A DNA stretch of 64,000 nucleotides from an uncultured Actinomycetota bacterium (GTDB lineage: Bacteria; Actinomycetota; Thermoleophilia; RBG-16-64-13). Position 1 is the first letter of the stretch; every line of letters starts with the position of its first letter. Made by a program: the position numbers and the translations under genes. Under the pieces are notes generated by a model. It worked only from the letters and a program-made list of their open reading frames with translations. It had not been told where the DNA came from and made no database searches. The stretch is from assembly GCA_963796315.1 (NCBI GenBank), contig CAWCLH010000020.1, positions 1,121,879 through 1,185,878 on the forward strand, read 5' to 3'. This document shows, piece by piece, positions 33,341 through 44,526 of this stretch.

Positions 33341-34068
33341 CACGGCGCCAGCGCGAACGTCTCCCGACCTTCGCCCGAGAGCTCGCACGCGGCGGGTCGG
33401 TCGTCACAGGTGATGCGGCCGTCGCGGATCTGGATCAAGCGGTCCACGTTGGCGGTGGATTCCGGGTTGTGGGTCACCATGATCACCGCGTGGCCGCGGT
33501 CGGCCAGCTCGCGGAGCAGGATGAGGATCTGCTGCCCGGTCGCCTGGTCCAGGCTGCCCACCGGTTCGTCGGCCAGGATGACGGGCGGGTCGTTCACGAC
33601 CGCGCGGGCGATCGCCACGCGGCCCTGCTCCCCTCCGGAGAGCTCGGAGGGTACGCGCCGGGCCTTCCGCTCGTCCAATCCCACCCGGCAGAGCGTGTCC
33701 AGGGCGCGGTCGGCCTTGCCCGGGTCCTTGAGGATGGCCAACGGCAGCATGACGTTCTCCACCGCGGACAGGTAGGGGATCAGCTCCAGCTGCTGGAACA
33801 CGAACCCGATGTACTCGCGGCGCAGATCCGCCTGACGCTCCTGACTGAGCGCGTAGACGTCGATGCCATCCACCAGCAACCGCCCGGTGGTGGGCGGGTT
33901 CATCGCCCCCAGGATGGAGAGGAGCGTGGTCTTCCCGGACCCGGAGGGACCCATGATGGCGACGTACTCGCCCCGCTCGATATCCAGGCTGACCCGATCC
34001 AAGGCGGTGACCCGGGCTTCGCCTTCCCCGTAGGAGCGGCTCACGTCTTCGATGCGTACCAGGGACAC
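33340..34068 (-). CDS. ABC transporter ATP-binding protein (MacB/LolD type)
   Basis: 242 aa with GPSGSGKTTLLSILG, LSGGEQGRVAIARA and ILADEPVGSLD. Confidence 0.9.
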   Translation of the reverse strand: MSLVRIEDVSRSYGEGEARVTALDRVSLDIERGEYVAIMGPSGSGKTTLLSILGAMNPPTTGRLLVDGIDVYALSQERQADLRREYIGFVFQQLELIPYLSAVENVMLPLAILKDPGKADRALDTLCRVGLDERKARRVPSELSGGEQGRVAIARAVVNDPPVILADEPVGSLDQATGQQILILLRELADRGHAVIMVTHNPESTANVDRLIQIRDGRITCDDRPAACELSGEGRETFALAP

Positions 34069-34081
34069 GTCCTTACCTCCG

Positions 34082-35239
34082 TCAGATGTACTTGAGAGCG
34101 GTCGCCGGGTCCATGTTGGCCGCCCGGCGGGCCGGGTAGAGAGCGGCCAGCATCCCGACCAGGTAGGCCAGCGCGATACCGGCCAGGATCACCAGCGGAT
34201 TGGGCGCCACGGTCAAGGAGAGGCTGGGCACCAGCGACGGCACCACCAGCCCGGCGGCGACGCCGACCAGGATCCCCGTCAGCGCTCCCCCGCCGCTCAG
34301 GAGGGCCGACTCGAGCAGGATGAGCTTTGCGATGTGCCGTTGCTTGTACCCGACGGCGCGGAAGACGCCGATCTCCTTCTGACGTTCCTTCACCGAGGTC
34401 AGCATGGTGATCATCACCACCAACCCTGAGATCAGCACGATCAGTAGGGTGATCGCCAGCCCAAAGCCGGCCAGTGAGGAGTTCGCCCGATTGGTGAACT
34501 CGATGCTCTTCTTCACCGAGACGACGGAGGACCCGGGGATGCTGCGCTCGATCTCTTTGCTCAGGCGGTCGACGGCGGTGGTGCTGGCAGCCGTGACCTC
34601 GATCAGGTTGACCTCGCCCCGGTGTCCGGTGAGCTCGGCGAGCGCGGGCAGGGGCAGGATGACCAGGTTGTCTTCCTCGCCGCCGATCTCCTGCAGCACG
34701 CCGGCGACGGTGAAGCGCCGACCGTCCAGCTCGATCGACTTCCCCGCATCCAGGCCGAGGGTGTTCCGGACGTTGAGGCCCAGCAGCACCTCGTCGGCTG
34801 CCTGGGGCAGCCGGCCTTCCACCCGCCACCAGAGCTTGACCTTGAGGCTCTCCGCCAGGTCGGTGCCCATGGCCAGGAAAGAGCGCTCTCCCACCTTCAC
34901 CGGTTGCAGCAGCACCGGGATGGCGGCGGCGACGTCGGCCTTGGACGGCACCGCCCGGATCCGATCCACGTCGGCCAGCTTCAGGTACCGCACCTCCCCG
35001 GTCCCCGCGCCGCCGACGTCCACCCCGCCGTAGCTCAGGCTGAGCTCGGTCGTCGCCGGGGTGACCACCAGGTTGGAGCCGAACTTGCTCAGCTTGTCGT
35101 CCATGGTGGCCCGAAGGGAGAAGACCAGGGAGAGGACCAGCACGAAAGCGGCCACCGCCACCGAGAGTCCGAGCACGACCAGGACGGCCTTGCCCTTGCG
35201 GCGGCGCAGATTACCGAGGGCGATGGTGCGAAGGTCCAT
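34082..35239 (-). CDS. FtsX-like ABC permease
   Basis: 385 aa with N-terminal IALGNLRRRKGKA, a large periplasmic loop, and a C-terminal 3-TM FtsX domain. Confidence 0.85.
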   Translation of the reverse strand: MDLRTIALGNLRRRKGKAVLVVLGLSVAVAAFVLVLSLVFSLRATMDDKLSKFGSNLVVTPATTELSLSYGGVDVGGAGTGEVRYLKLADVDRIRAVPSKADVAAAIPVLLQPVKVGERSFLAMGTDLAESLKVKLWWRVEGRLPQAADEVLLGLNVRNTLGLDAGKSIELDGRRFTVAGVLQEIGGEEDNLVILPLPALAELTGHRGEVNLIEVTAASTTAVDRLSKEIERSIPGSSVVSVKKSIEFTNRANSSLAGFGLAITLLIVLISGLVVMITMLTSVKERQKEIGVFRAVGYKQRHIAKLILLESALLSGGGALTGILVGVAAGLVVPSLVPSLSLTVAPNPLVILAGIALAYLVGMLAALYPARRAANMDPATALKYI

Positions 35240-35242
35240 CGG

Positions 35243-36400
35243 CTACACCGGCCTCATGGCGAGGGTAGGGCTGAGACGCGCCGCCTGCCAGGCAGGATAG
35301 AGACTGGCCAGCAGGACCACTCCCAGCGAGGCACCCAGCGCGACGCCCAGGCCGGCAGGGCTGGGGGCCAGCGTCTCGCTCACCCCCGCCACCACGCGGG
35401 CCAACGGCCCCGCACCCAGGGTCGCGAGCAGGAGCCCCCCGATCCCCCCCGCGAAGGCCAGCGCCAAATTCTCCACCAGGATGATGGAAAAGATGTGCTT
35501 GCGCCGGTAGCCGATCGCCCGGAAGATGCCGATCTCGCCGCGTCGGTCACGCACCCCTGCCAGCGTCGAGGAGAGCACGATCAGGCAGCCCACCAGGATC
35601 ATCAGCCCGGACAGGACGGCGCTGAACAGACGGAACTGATCGATCAAAAGCCGTCGTGACTCCACGGCTTTCAGCAGGGCTGAGACGCGGGCGGTGGGTA
35701 GAGCGGTCGAGATCTGAGCGTTGATCAGCTCGATGGGGCAGGTGCTGCAGAAGGCGGATACCTCGATCAGGCTGAGCTCGTCACCTCGCTGCCAGAGCCG
35801 CTGGGTGGTGGCCAGATCCAGGTAGAGCAGATCGTCCTCTTGGGTACCGGTCTGCTCCAGCAGACCGGCCACCGTGAAGCGTTCCCCCTTCAGGGTGACC
35901 GTGTCGCCGCTCTTCAACCCGAGCAGAGCCGCGGCTCGACTCCCGACCAGGACGTCGTGGTCCTTCTGGGGGCGTGCTCCATCGATGTGCCACCATTTCT
36001 TCAAGCCCAGCTCTTCTCTCCAGTCGACGCCGGCCGCCAGCACCCGCCGGCCGCCGACCTCGGCAGCCACGATCAACTCCGGGGCGACCCGGTTGATGTT
36101 CTGCTTGTTCTTGATCCCCCGGATCTTGGCGACGTCGGCCAGGTGGAGAGGCGTGACGTCGTAGGTCAGTCCGCCCAGGCTCACGCCCCCGTAGGTCAGG
36201 GGAAGGTCCTTGCTCCGCGGTACCACCACGATGTTCGCGCCGTAGTCGTCCACCTTGTTCGCCAGATCGCGCTCGGCGCTGCGGGTGACCAGGTAGAGCA
36301 CGCTCACGATGCCCACGGTGGCGACGATGACCAGCAGCAGGAGAGCGCTGCGGGACAGGTGCTGGCGCATGTTCCGAAGAGCGATATGCGAGAGACGCAT
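35243..36400 (-). CDS. FtsX-like ABC permease (second copy)
   Basis: ATG 36400 gives MRLSHIALRNMRQHLSRS. Same architecture as the neighbouring permease. Confidence 0.85.
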   Translation of the reverse strand: MRLSHIALRNMRQHLSRSALLLLVIVATVGIVSVLYLVTRSAERDLANKVDDYGANIVVVPRSKDLPLTYGGVSLGGLTYDVTPLHLADVAKIRGIKNKQNINRVAPELIVAAEVGGRRVLAAGVDWREELGLKKWWHIDGARPQKDHDVLVGSRAAALLGLKSGDTVTLKGERFTVAGLLEQTGTQEDDLLYLDLATTQRLWQRGDELSLIEVSAFCSTCPIELINAQISTALPTARVSALLKAVESRRLLIDQFRLFSAVLSGLMILVGCLIVLSSTLAGVRDRRGEIGIFRAIGYRRKHIFSIILVENLALAFAGGIGGLLLATLGAGPLARVVAGVSETLAPSPAGLGVALGASLGVVLLASLYPAWQAARLSPTLAMRPV

Positions 36401-36521
36401 GGAGCGGGCTGTCCTTCCGGGAGCGGGTCCGCCCGGGACGGCCGGCCGACCGGGCACTGCGTGGTGACCCCCGCCTGCGGCCCGCCCAGTGCGGGCCGCA
36501 GGCGTTCAAAGGGTCAGAACG

Positions 36522-37214
36522 CTACTGCCGGGGGGTCCAAGCCTCCAGGTCGGCGGTGGCCACCACGATCTTGCCGTTCTGGTTCTGCGCCTTGATCGGG
36601 TCCGGCGGGAAGTCGGTGCAGCCGCCGGAGATGCCCTGGAGCGTGTTCAGGTCCCACTTGGTGAAACAGGTGTCGCAGACCAGGGTGTTGCCCTCGATGT
36701 GGAAGCTGTTGCTGCGGCAGGGCTCGCAGAACGATGACGCCACCACCAGGTTCCCGCTGGGCGCGACGTACGAGATCAGGGGCAGCTTGCCGCCGGTCAG
36801 ACTCTGCCATTCGCCCGGGAACGGATTGGTCCGCTGGTACTTCATCATGACCAGCTTGCTCTGCTGCACGTCGGCAGCGGAGAAGCTGGCCGAGGTGCCG
36901 CTGACGGCCAGGTCGATCGGCGTCTGGGTGATCGTGCCGCCCGCAGAGCCGCCGGTCGATGAGGCGGTGGTCACGTCGCTGACCTGCACGCCGCTCGAAA
37001 CCTGCTTGCCCGACTGCACCTTCTGGTAGCCCGCCATCCCCAGGAAGGCGACGACCGCGATGGCGGTGACGACGATGATGACCCGCTGCAGGGGGAACTT
37101 GCCCGCCTCCTCGAAGCGTTGCCGCTTGCTATCGAGGTTGTCCAGATGCGCGGGCTGGCTAGTGCGCGGACGGGCGGCCGGAGGCTTCTTCTGCTGACCT
37201 TTGGATCGACTCAC
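36522..37214 (-). CDS. DUF2318-like Cys-rich membrane-anchored protein
   Basis: GTG 37214 follows AAGGGGAGAG. One TM (VIIVVTAIAVVAFLGMAGY). C-terminal domain SSFCEPCRSNSFHIEGNTLVCDTCFTKWDL..GGCTDFPP. Confidence 0.65.
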   Translation of the reverse strand: MSRSKGQQKKPPAARPRTSQPAHLDNLDSKRQRFEEAGKFPLQRVIIVVTAIAVVAFLGMAGYQKVQSGKQVSSGVQVSDVTTASSTGGSAGGTITQTPIDLAVSGTSASFSAADVQQSKLVMMKYQRTNPFPGEWQSLTGGKLPLISYVAPSGNLVVASSFCEPCRSNSFHIEGNTLVCDTCFTKWDLNTLQGISGGCTDFPPDPIKAQNQNGKIVVATADLEAWTPRQ

Positions 37215-37299
37215 GACTCTCCCCTTACTGAGAAGTGACGACTGCTCGCTCAGCCTTCGGGGATTCCTTGTGAAGCTGCCCACGAAGACTGACGGCATT

Positions 37300-37318
37300 C
37301 TACTACGCCACATAGTAG
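37300..37318. promoter_or_regulatory. BlaI-box-like dyad CTACTAC-GCCAC-ATAGTAG
   Basis: 6 of 7 positions pair. Lies 86-104 bp upstream of the DUF2318 start. Confidence 0.5.
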
Positions 37319-37331
37319 AAGGGCAATGCTC

Positions 37332-37350
37332 CTACGACGATTTGTAGTAG
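37332..37350. promoter_or_regulatory. BlaI-box-like dyad CTACGAC-GATTT-GTAGTAG
   Basis: 6 of 7 positions pair. It is the second box of a tandem pair, 32 bp centre to centre from the first. Confidence 0.5.
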
Positions 37351-37369
37351 AGAGAGGGGAGGCGAGGGA

Positions 37370-38396
37370 TCAGTGGGTGTCGCCGGCGGGGAGACGCGTG
37401 ACCGAGTGGGTGCCGTCGTGGCAGGTGTGGGTCGGTGCCTCGCCGGGGAGCGTCACGTCGGTGAAAGCGAGGGCGCTGCCCGTGAAGGCGAACAGGAGGA
37501 CGGTCACCACCAAGACGGTCCCCGACGAGGTACCGCCGTGAGGTGACCGCCACTTGGCCGAACACGAGTCCCCGGATCCGCTCCACGACGTCGCCCTCGT
37601 CGGCGAAAGCCAGGCCGGGCGAGGTGGTGCCGGGAAGCAGGGCGCGGGCGAACTTCTGCAGGCTGGAGGCGACCACGAGCGGGTCTCCGGTCCGCCGCCT
37701 GGCGAAGTCGTCGGCGGCCAGTTCCTGTGCCCGGCGCAACCGGACGACGGCCGGACGGACGCCGGGCAGCAGCGCGAAGGTCGCGACAAAGGTCCGCGCG
37801 ACCAACAGGATCAGGTTGTCCCGAGCGATAAGATGTCCCTCCTCGTGGGCGAAGACCGCCTGCACCTCCTGCTCATCCAAGCCGGACAGCAGACCGGACG
37901 AGATCACGACCCGGGGCCGCAGGGTGCCCATCGTGTACGAACGCGGGACCTCGTCGTCCACCACATAGGTCCGCCCGCGGAGACCGGGAGGCAGCGGACC
38001 TCCGTACAGGACCCCCTCTTCGAGGGCACGGGCCACGTAGCGGGAAGAGGAGTGGACTTGGCTGAGCGCTGCATAGACCGCGACGGCGATCAGCCCGAGA
38101 AGGATCCCCCCCATGAAGAAGGAGAAGGTGGCGTTGGCCCACCCGGGAAGGGCTCGCTGGCAGGCGACGGCGACCTTGCAGACCAGTCCGGTCCGATCGA
38201 GGACGGCATGGGGCAGGTAGCGCAGGAACACCGCGACCAGCAGCAGCAACGTGGCCAGAGCGGCGCCGGAGATGGACGCGAGGTAGGTCAGGACAAGCGC
38301 GCGGGGAGCCAGCCGAGACTCCAGGAACCGGCGGACCAGCCAGGGCCCGGCCAGCAGGAGGGCGTAGGTCAGCGCGAGGGTCAGGCCGACGATGAC
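37370..38396 (-). CDS. M56-family (BlaR1-like) membrane metalloprotease without a penicillin-binding sensor domain; frameshift at the C run 37520-37523; start unresolved
   Basis: HEEGH zinc motif in QAVFAHEEGHLIARDN. After SRRYLVG the alternative frame gives TM TVLVVTVLLFAFTGSALAF and the tail TDVTLPGEAPTHTCHDGTHSVTRLPAGDTH (stop 37370-37372). TM1-like coding (VIVGLTLALTYALLLAGPWLV) extends to ~38396 with no in-frame ATG/GTG/TTG. Confidence 0.7.
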
Positions 38397-38812
38397 TCCC
38401 GCTCCTGGCGCATCTGCTGGATGATGTCGGCGAGGACGTCGAGTTGGCCCGCATCCTCGTTGGTGAGACTCTCCACGAAGTGAGTGAGGACCGGCCGGTT
38501 GACCGAACCGAACAGCCCGCTGACGACGGTCTTGACCACTCCGGTACAGAAGGCGTCTCGAGTCTGCACCGGCTCGTAGATGTAGGCCCGGCCTTCCTGA
38601 CGGCGGCGCAGCAGCGCTTTCTCCGCCAAGCGACTCATCACGGTCATCACCGTGGTGTAGGCGATCTCACGCCGTTCCAGCAGGCACTCGTGCACCTCCC
38701 GGACCGACGCCGATCCGAGATCCCACATGCACTCCATGATCTCGGCCTCCAGGTCGCCGAGGACCTGCCTCAGCCCCTGGCTCCCGATATTCAGGCTCAA
38801 CGGTTCGTCCAT
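38381..38812 (-). CDS. blaI: BlaI/MecI/CopY-family winged-helix repressor
   Basis: ATG 38812 follows AGGAGG. LGDLEAEIMECMWDLGSASVREVHECLLERREIAYTTVMTVMSRLAEKALLRRRQEGRAYIYEP. No C-terminal CxC copper motif. Confidence 0.85.
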   Translation of the reverse strand: MDEPLSLNIGSQGLRQVLGDLEAEIMECMWDLGSASVREVHECLLERREIAYTTVMTVMSRLAEKALLRRRQEGRAYIYEPVQTRDAFCTGVVKTVVSGLFGSVNRPVLTHFVESLTNEDAGQLDVLADIIQQMRQERESSSA

Positions 38813-38841
38813 GCAGGTCCCTCCTGGTGCGACGGCACGCA

Positions 38842-38858
38842 TACTACCAAACGTAGTA
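38842..38858. promoter_or_regulatory. BlaI-box-like dyad TACTAC-CAAAC-GTAGTA (probable autoregulatory site)
   Basis: Perfect 6+6 inverted repeat, 30-46 bp upstream of the blaI-like start codon. Confidence 0.6.
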
Positions 38859-38930
38859 GCAACGGGGCAAGCAGCCCGACCGGTGGTGGCGGCGGGGGCG
38901 CCGTTGGCGGTGCAGGCGCGGCCGCAGACC

Positions 38931-39074
38931 CTACTGCGGCAGCTGCATCTCCCGTTCCAGCCGCTCGATCTCCTTGCGAAGGCCCGTCTGGCGCCGGGCG
39001 ATAGAGATCATGTAGGCCCCGAGGATCACCCAGATGACCGCGTAGCCGGCGAACAGAAAACCCAAGTCGTTCAC
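38931..39074 (-). CDS. ccmD: CcmD-like small membrane protein (47 aa)
   Basis: GTG 39074 gives VNDLGFLFAGYAVIWVILGAYMISIARRQTGLRKEIERLEREMQLPQ. Lies 10 nt after ccmC. Found by hand translation. Confidence 0.6.
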   Translation of the reverse strand: MNDLGFLFAGYAVIWVILGAYMISIARRQTGLRKEIERLEREMQLPQ

Positions 39075-39084
39075 AACGACGCTC

Positions 39085-39831
39085 CTATCGCATCAGGTGT
39101 TGATGACGAAGACGCTCGATCCTTGAGGTCAGATCCATCTGGCGGTAGCGCACGATCAAGAGGTACGCGTAGACGAGCGTGATGGCGAACAGCGAGAACA
39201 TCAGCACGAGCGTCATCCGCGAATCCAGGTTGATGGCGTTCTCGGTGATGACGGTGGGGTGGATGGTCCGCCACCAACGCACCGACATGAAGACGATGGG
39301 TACGTCCACCCACCCCACGATGCCGAAGACCGCCGCCACCCGGGCCGTCTTGTGCCCGGGCTGCGACGCGGACCGCAGCATGAGGTAGGCCACGTAGATG
39401 AACCACAGCACCAGGGTGGTGGTCAGACGCGGGTCCCACGTCCAGTAGGCGCCCCAGATGGGCCGGGCCCACAGGGGACCGGTGATCAGGGTGACGGTGG
39501 TGAAGACGACGCCGATCTCGGCCGACGCGGCCGCGATCCGGTCGTAGCGCAGGTCCTTCTTGATCAGGTAGAGGATGCTCGCGATGAACACCACCGTGAA
39601 GGAGGGCCCCAGGGCGACCCAGGCGCTGGGGACGTGGAAGTAGAAGATGCGCTGCACGTCGCCCATCTGGGCCTCGGTCGGCGCGTAGAGCAGCGCCCCG
39701 TAGAGGGCGATGACGACGGACACCAGGGCCGCGACGCCCAGAGCGTCCAGCCAGAGTGAGCCGCCGGTGAGGCCGCGGGTCCCGGTCGAGGGCAGGCCGC
39801 GGTCGAGGGTCTGGTCGTGTGCCATGCTCAT
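39085..39831 (-). CDS. ccmC: Haem exporter protein CcmC
   Basis: 248 aa with the WWD motif WGAYWTWDPRLTTTLVLW. Confidence 0.9.
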   Translation of the reverse strand: MSMAHDQTLDRGLPSTGTRGLTGGSLWLDALGVAALVSVVIALYGALLYAPTEAQMGDVQRIFYFHVPSAWVALGPSFTVVFIASILYLIKKDLRYDRIAAASAEIGVVFTTVTLITGPLWARPIWGAYWTWDPRLTTTLVLWFIYVAYLMLRSASQPGHKTARVAAVFGIVGWVDVPIVFMSVRWWRTIHPTVITENAINLDSRMTLVLMFSLFAITLVYAYLLIVRYRQMDLTSRIERLRHQHLMR

Positions 39832-40505
39832 TCCTCGAGGACGAAGTCGAAGGTCATGATCGAGAGTGCCAGGAAGATCACGTCATAGACTACCAGCAGT
39901 AGGAGCCAGGAGGAGCCCTCGCCCAGCGAGCGCCCGTCCAGCACGTGCCCCGACGACTTGGCGGCCGCCAGGATCACCGGCACCATCACCGGGAACAGCA
40001 GGATGGACAAGATGACGTCACGGGCCTTGAGCCCCACCGACACTGCGGAGAACAGGGTGCCCACGCTGCTGAACCCGATGGTGGCCAGCACCAGGATCAA
40101 GCCCAGCGGGGCCACGGTGCGGGCCAGGTCGACGTTGTAGAGCACCGCGAAGAAGAAGAACACCACGACGCCCATCAGCAGCAGGAAGACGAAGTTGCCC
40201 AGGAACTTGCCCAGGTAGATCACGCTGCGGTCCACCGGGCAGAGCAGCAGCCCCTGCAGGCAGTCGTTCTCCTTCTCCGAGGCGAAGGAACGGTTGAGGC
40301 CCAGGATGCCGGCGAAGGTGAACGCGGCCCAGAGCACCCCCGGCTTGACCAGGTTCTCCTCCCGCAGGCCCGGCTCGATCCCGAAGTTGAAGATCAGGAT
40401 GACCAGGAAGCCGAAGAGAAGCATGGAGAAGACCATCTCGCGGGTGCGCAACTCCCCCACGATGTCCTTCCAGGCGATGGCCCACGCCCGGTTCAGGAAT
40501 CCCAT
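39828..40505 (-). CDS. ccmB: Haem exporter permease CcmB
   Basis: ATG 40505 gives MGFLNRAWAIAWKDIVGELRTREMV. Six TM helices. Overlaps ccmA and ccmC. Confidence 0.85.
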   Translation of the reverse strand: MGFLNRAWAIAWKDIVGELRTREMVFSMLLFGFLVILIFNFGIEPGLREENLVKPGVLWAAFTFAGILGLNRSFASEKENDCLQGLLLCPVDRSVIYLGKFLGNFVFLLLMGVVVFFFFAVLYNVDLARTVAPLGLILVLATIGFSSVGTLFSAVSVGLKARDVILSILLFPVMVPVILAAAKSSGHVLDGRSLGEGSSWLLLLVVYDVIFLALSIMTFDFVLEE

Positions 40506-41264
40506 CGGTAGTCCTTCCCCACGTACTCGAAGTACGTCTGCTCGAAGGCCGCCCGGTCGATCTGGCCGATAGGCCGACGGAACACGGTCTTCCCCAGCAC
40601 CTGAATGGACACCTCGTCGCACATCTCGAGCCCCTGCTCCAGGTTATGCGTGGTCAGGACGATGCTCCGTTCCCCCGTGTGCAGGGTCTCGAGGACGCTG
40701 CGCAGCATGCGGGAGGCATGCTGGTCCAGGCCGGTGTAGGGCTCGTCCAGGAACATGATGTCCGGTTCGTGCAGCAGGGCGCGCGCGATGGACAGGCGTT
40801 GCTGCATGCCCCGAGAGTACGTGGCCACCCGGTCCTCCATGCGGCCGTAGAGCCCGACCTCCTCCAGCAGCTTCGTCGCCCGGTCTTCCAGGTCGGCGAC
40901 GCCGTACATCGTGCCGTAGAAGGTCAGGTTCTCGAAGGCGGAGAGGCTCGGGATAGAGGTAGGTATTGTGCGAGATGACCCCGATGCGACGGCGGAGGAT
41001 GTCCGCTCCCTGCACCACGTCGGTCCCCGCCAGCAGCACCTGACCTTCGGTGGGCTTGATCTGGGTCGAGAGGACCTTGATCAGCGTGGTCTTGCCGGCA
41101 CCGTTCGGTCCGAAGATGGTGAGGAACTTACCCTGCTCCAGCTGAAGGTCCAGACCGCGAAGCGCCGCGAAATGGCCAAAGTACTTCCATAGGCCCCGGA
41201 CCTCGATGGCGAGGTCCGGGGTGGGTGGGCCGGGCTCCAGATTGTCAGGGGCAGCGACGGCCAA
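40493..41264 (-). CDS. ccmA: Haem exporter ATPase CcmA, frameshift near 40949-40952
   Basis: TTG 41264 lies 2 nt after the upstream stop. FGPNGAGKTTLIKVL. After ISHNTYLYP the alternative frame gives SLSAFENLTFYGTMYGVADLE...YSRGMQQRLSIARALL..MFLDEPYTGLD. Confidence 0.8.
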
Positions 41265-41266
41265 GG

Positions 41267-41879
41267 TCAGGCGGTCACCTCGGCGCCGCAGCCTCCGCAG
41301 AAGCGCGCCCCCGCCTTCAAGGGGGCGCCGCACTCGTCGCACGCGGCCCCCGCGTGCCCGTTGGGAGAGGTCTCCATCACGGCGACGGCCGACTGCTCCA
41401 GCAGGTGGTCGCCGCAGCCTGCGCAGAAGCGGGCCCCCGCCGGGTTGAGGTGGTCGCAGGCCAGGCAGACCAGCTGCCCGTCGTCCGCCGGGGCAGCTCG
41501 CCGCGGACGCTTCGGAGACGCGGCCGCTTGCTTCTGCGCGACAGCCGGCCGAGGCTGCCGCGCCGCGGTCTGCGTGGCCCGGGGCCGGCTCTTCGCCTTG
41601 GGCGCGGGCCGCTCGGCTTCGGCGATCGCTTCCAGGATCTCCACGGCGTTGGCCCGGTACTTGAGCGTCGAGCTCCCGGAAGTCGGACTCGGACAGTTTG
41701 CCCGTCCGGAAGTCGAACTCGAGCTCCTTGAGCGCCGAGTAGGTCGACTCCTTCCGCCGGTGCAGCTCCTCGACCTCCTCGGGAAGCTCCATCTCTTCTT
41801 CGTCGGTCCACTGGCGCAGCAGCGGATAGCCTACGAAGGCCACTGCCGCCAGCGCCATGAGGATCTTGATCAGCATCAC
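41267..41879 (-). CDS. CcmI-like N-terminal module fused to a double zinc ribbon, frameshift near 41668-41671
   Basis: MMLIKILMALAAVAFVGYPLL...YSALKELEFDFRTGKLSESDFREL. After the shift, TLKYRANAVEILEAI...LVCLACDHLNPAGARFCAGCG...ACDECGAPLKAGARFCGGCG. Confidence 0.6.
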
Positions 41880-41922
41880 GGTCGTTCGTCTCCTCGGTCT
41901 CGCCGTCGCGGACGCCTGGGTC

Positions 41923-42419
41923 TCAGTCGAAGTCCTTCAGCTCGTCCTCCATCTTGTGGACGAGCTCATCGCGCACCGGGGACTGCAGCTCCACCTGTCC
42001 CTCGGGGGTCGCGGCCACGAGCGCCGCGCGGCGCTTGGCCCAGCCGCCGATCAGAAAGTAGATGGCGATACCGCCGCCGATCAGGACGGCGAAGGGGATC
42101 AGCCAGGCGGCCAGGTTGAAGCCGCTCTTGGTGGGCGCGGCCAGGACACGGTCGCCGTATTTCGTGACGTACGAGTCGATCACCTGCTGAGGCGTCTCGC
42201 CCGCCGCCAGCTGGGCGTGGACGTCCTGCTTCGCAGGGATGCCCCACTCGCAGTTCTGGTGCGGGCACTCCTTGAGCACCGCGTTGCAGCCGCACAGGCA
42301 CATGATCTTCGAGGTCACCGACGAATCCGCAGGCGCCGCCTGTCGCCGGCGCGGTCCCCAGAAGGCCGGCGCCGAGCGCTAGGAGGAGCACCGCCGGGCC
42401 GAGCCACAGGCGCCGAAAA

Positions 42420-42430
<11 letters not shown>
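41923..42430 (-). CDS. ccmH: CcmH/NrfF-like protein, frameshift near 42333
   Basis: ATG 42430 overlaps the ccmF stop by 11 nt. The signal peptide [29 protein letters not shown] is in one frame. The mature part VTSKIMCLCGCNAVLKECPHQNC...AAWLIPFAVLIGGGIAIYFL is in another (ORF 41923..42318). Confidence 0.7.
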
Positions 42431-44423
<1,993 letters not shown>

Positions 44424-44526
44424 GTGGTTGGTTCCTCCGTGTCACCTGGGTCTGGGATCCGCCAGTGCCGACGTCCTCGCCGTCCGCCGACGAAACGACG
44501 AGACGAACGGCGCGACGGCACCTCTT

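Noticed and set aside
36522-37313. Full 263-aa ORF as the DUF2318 gene
   Set aside because: The first 33 codons have no SD and would run over the upstream dyad box at 37300-37318. GTG 37214, preceded by AAGGGGAGAG, gives a sensible N-terminus, so the shorter model was preferred. This remains uncertain.
38813-38842. ATG 38842 as the blaI-like start
   Set aside because: That ATG lies inside the TACTAC-N5-GTAGTA box and lacks an SD. ATG 38812 follows AGGAGG at ideal spacing.
40644-41879. 411-aa minus-strand ORF as a single gene
   Set aside because: It is a chimera. Its start is the CcmI-like N-terminus, its middle is an out-of-frame read through the zinc-ribbon region, and its end is the CcmA N-terminus. 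It is better explained as two genes, each with one frameshift.
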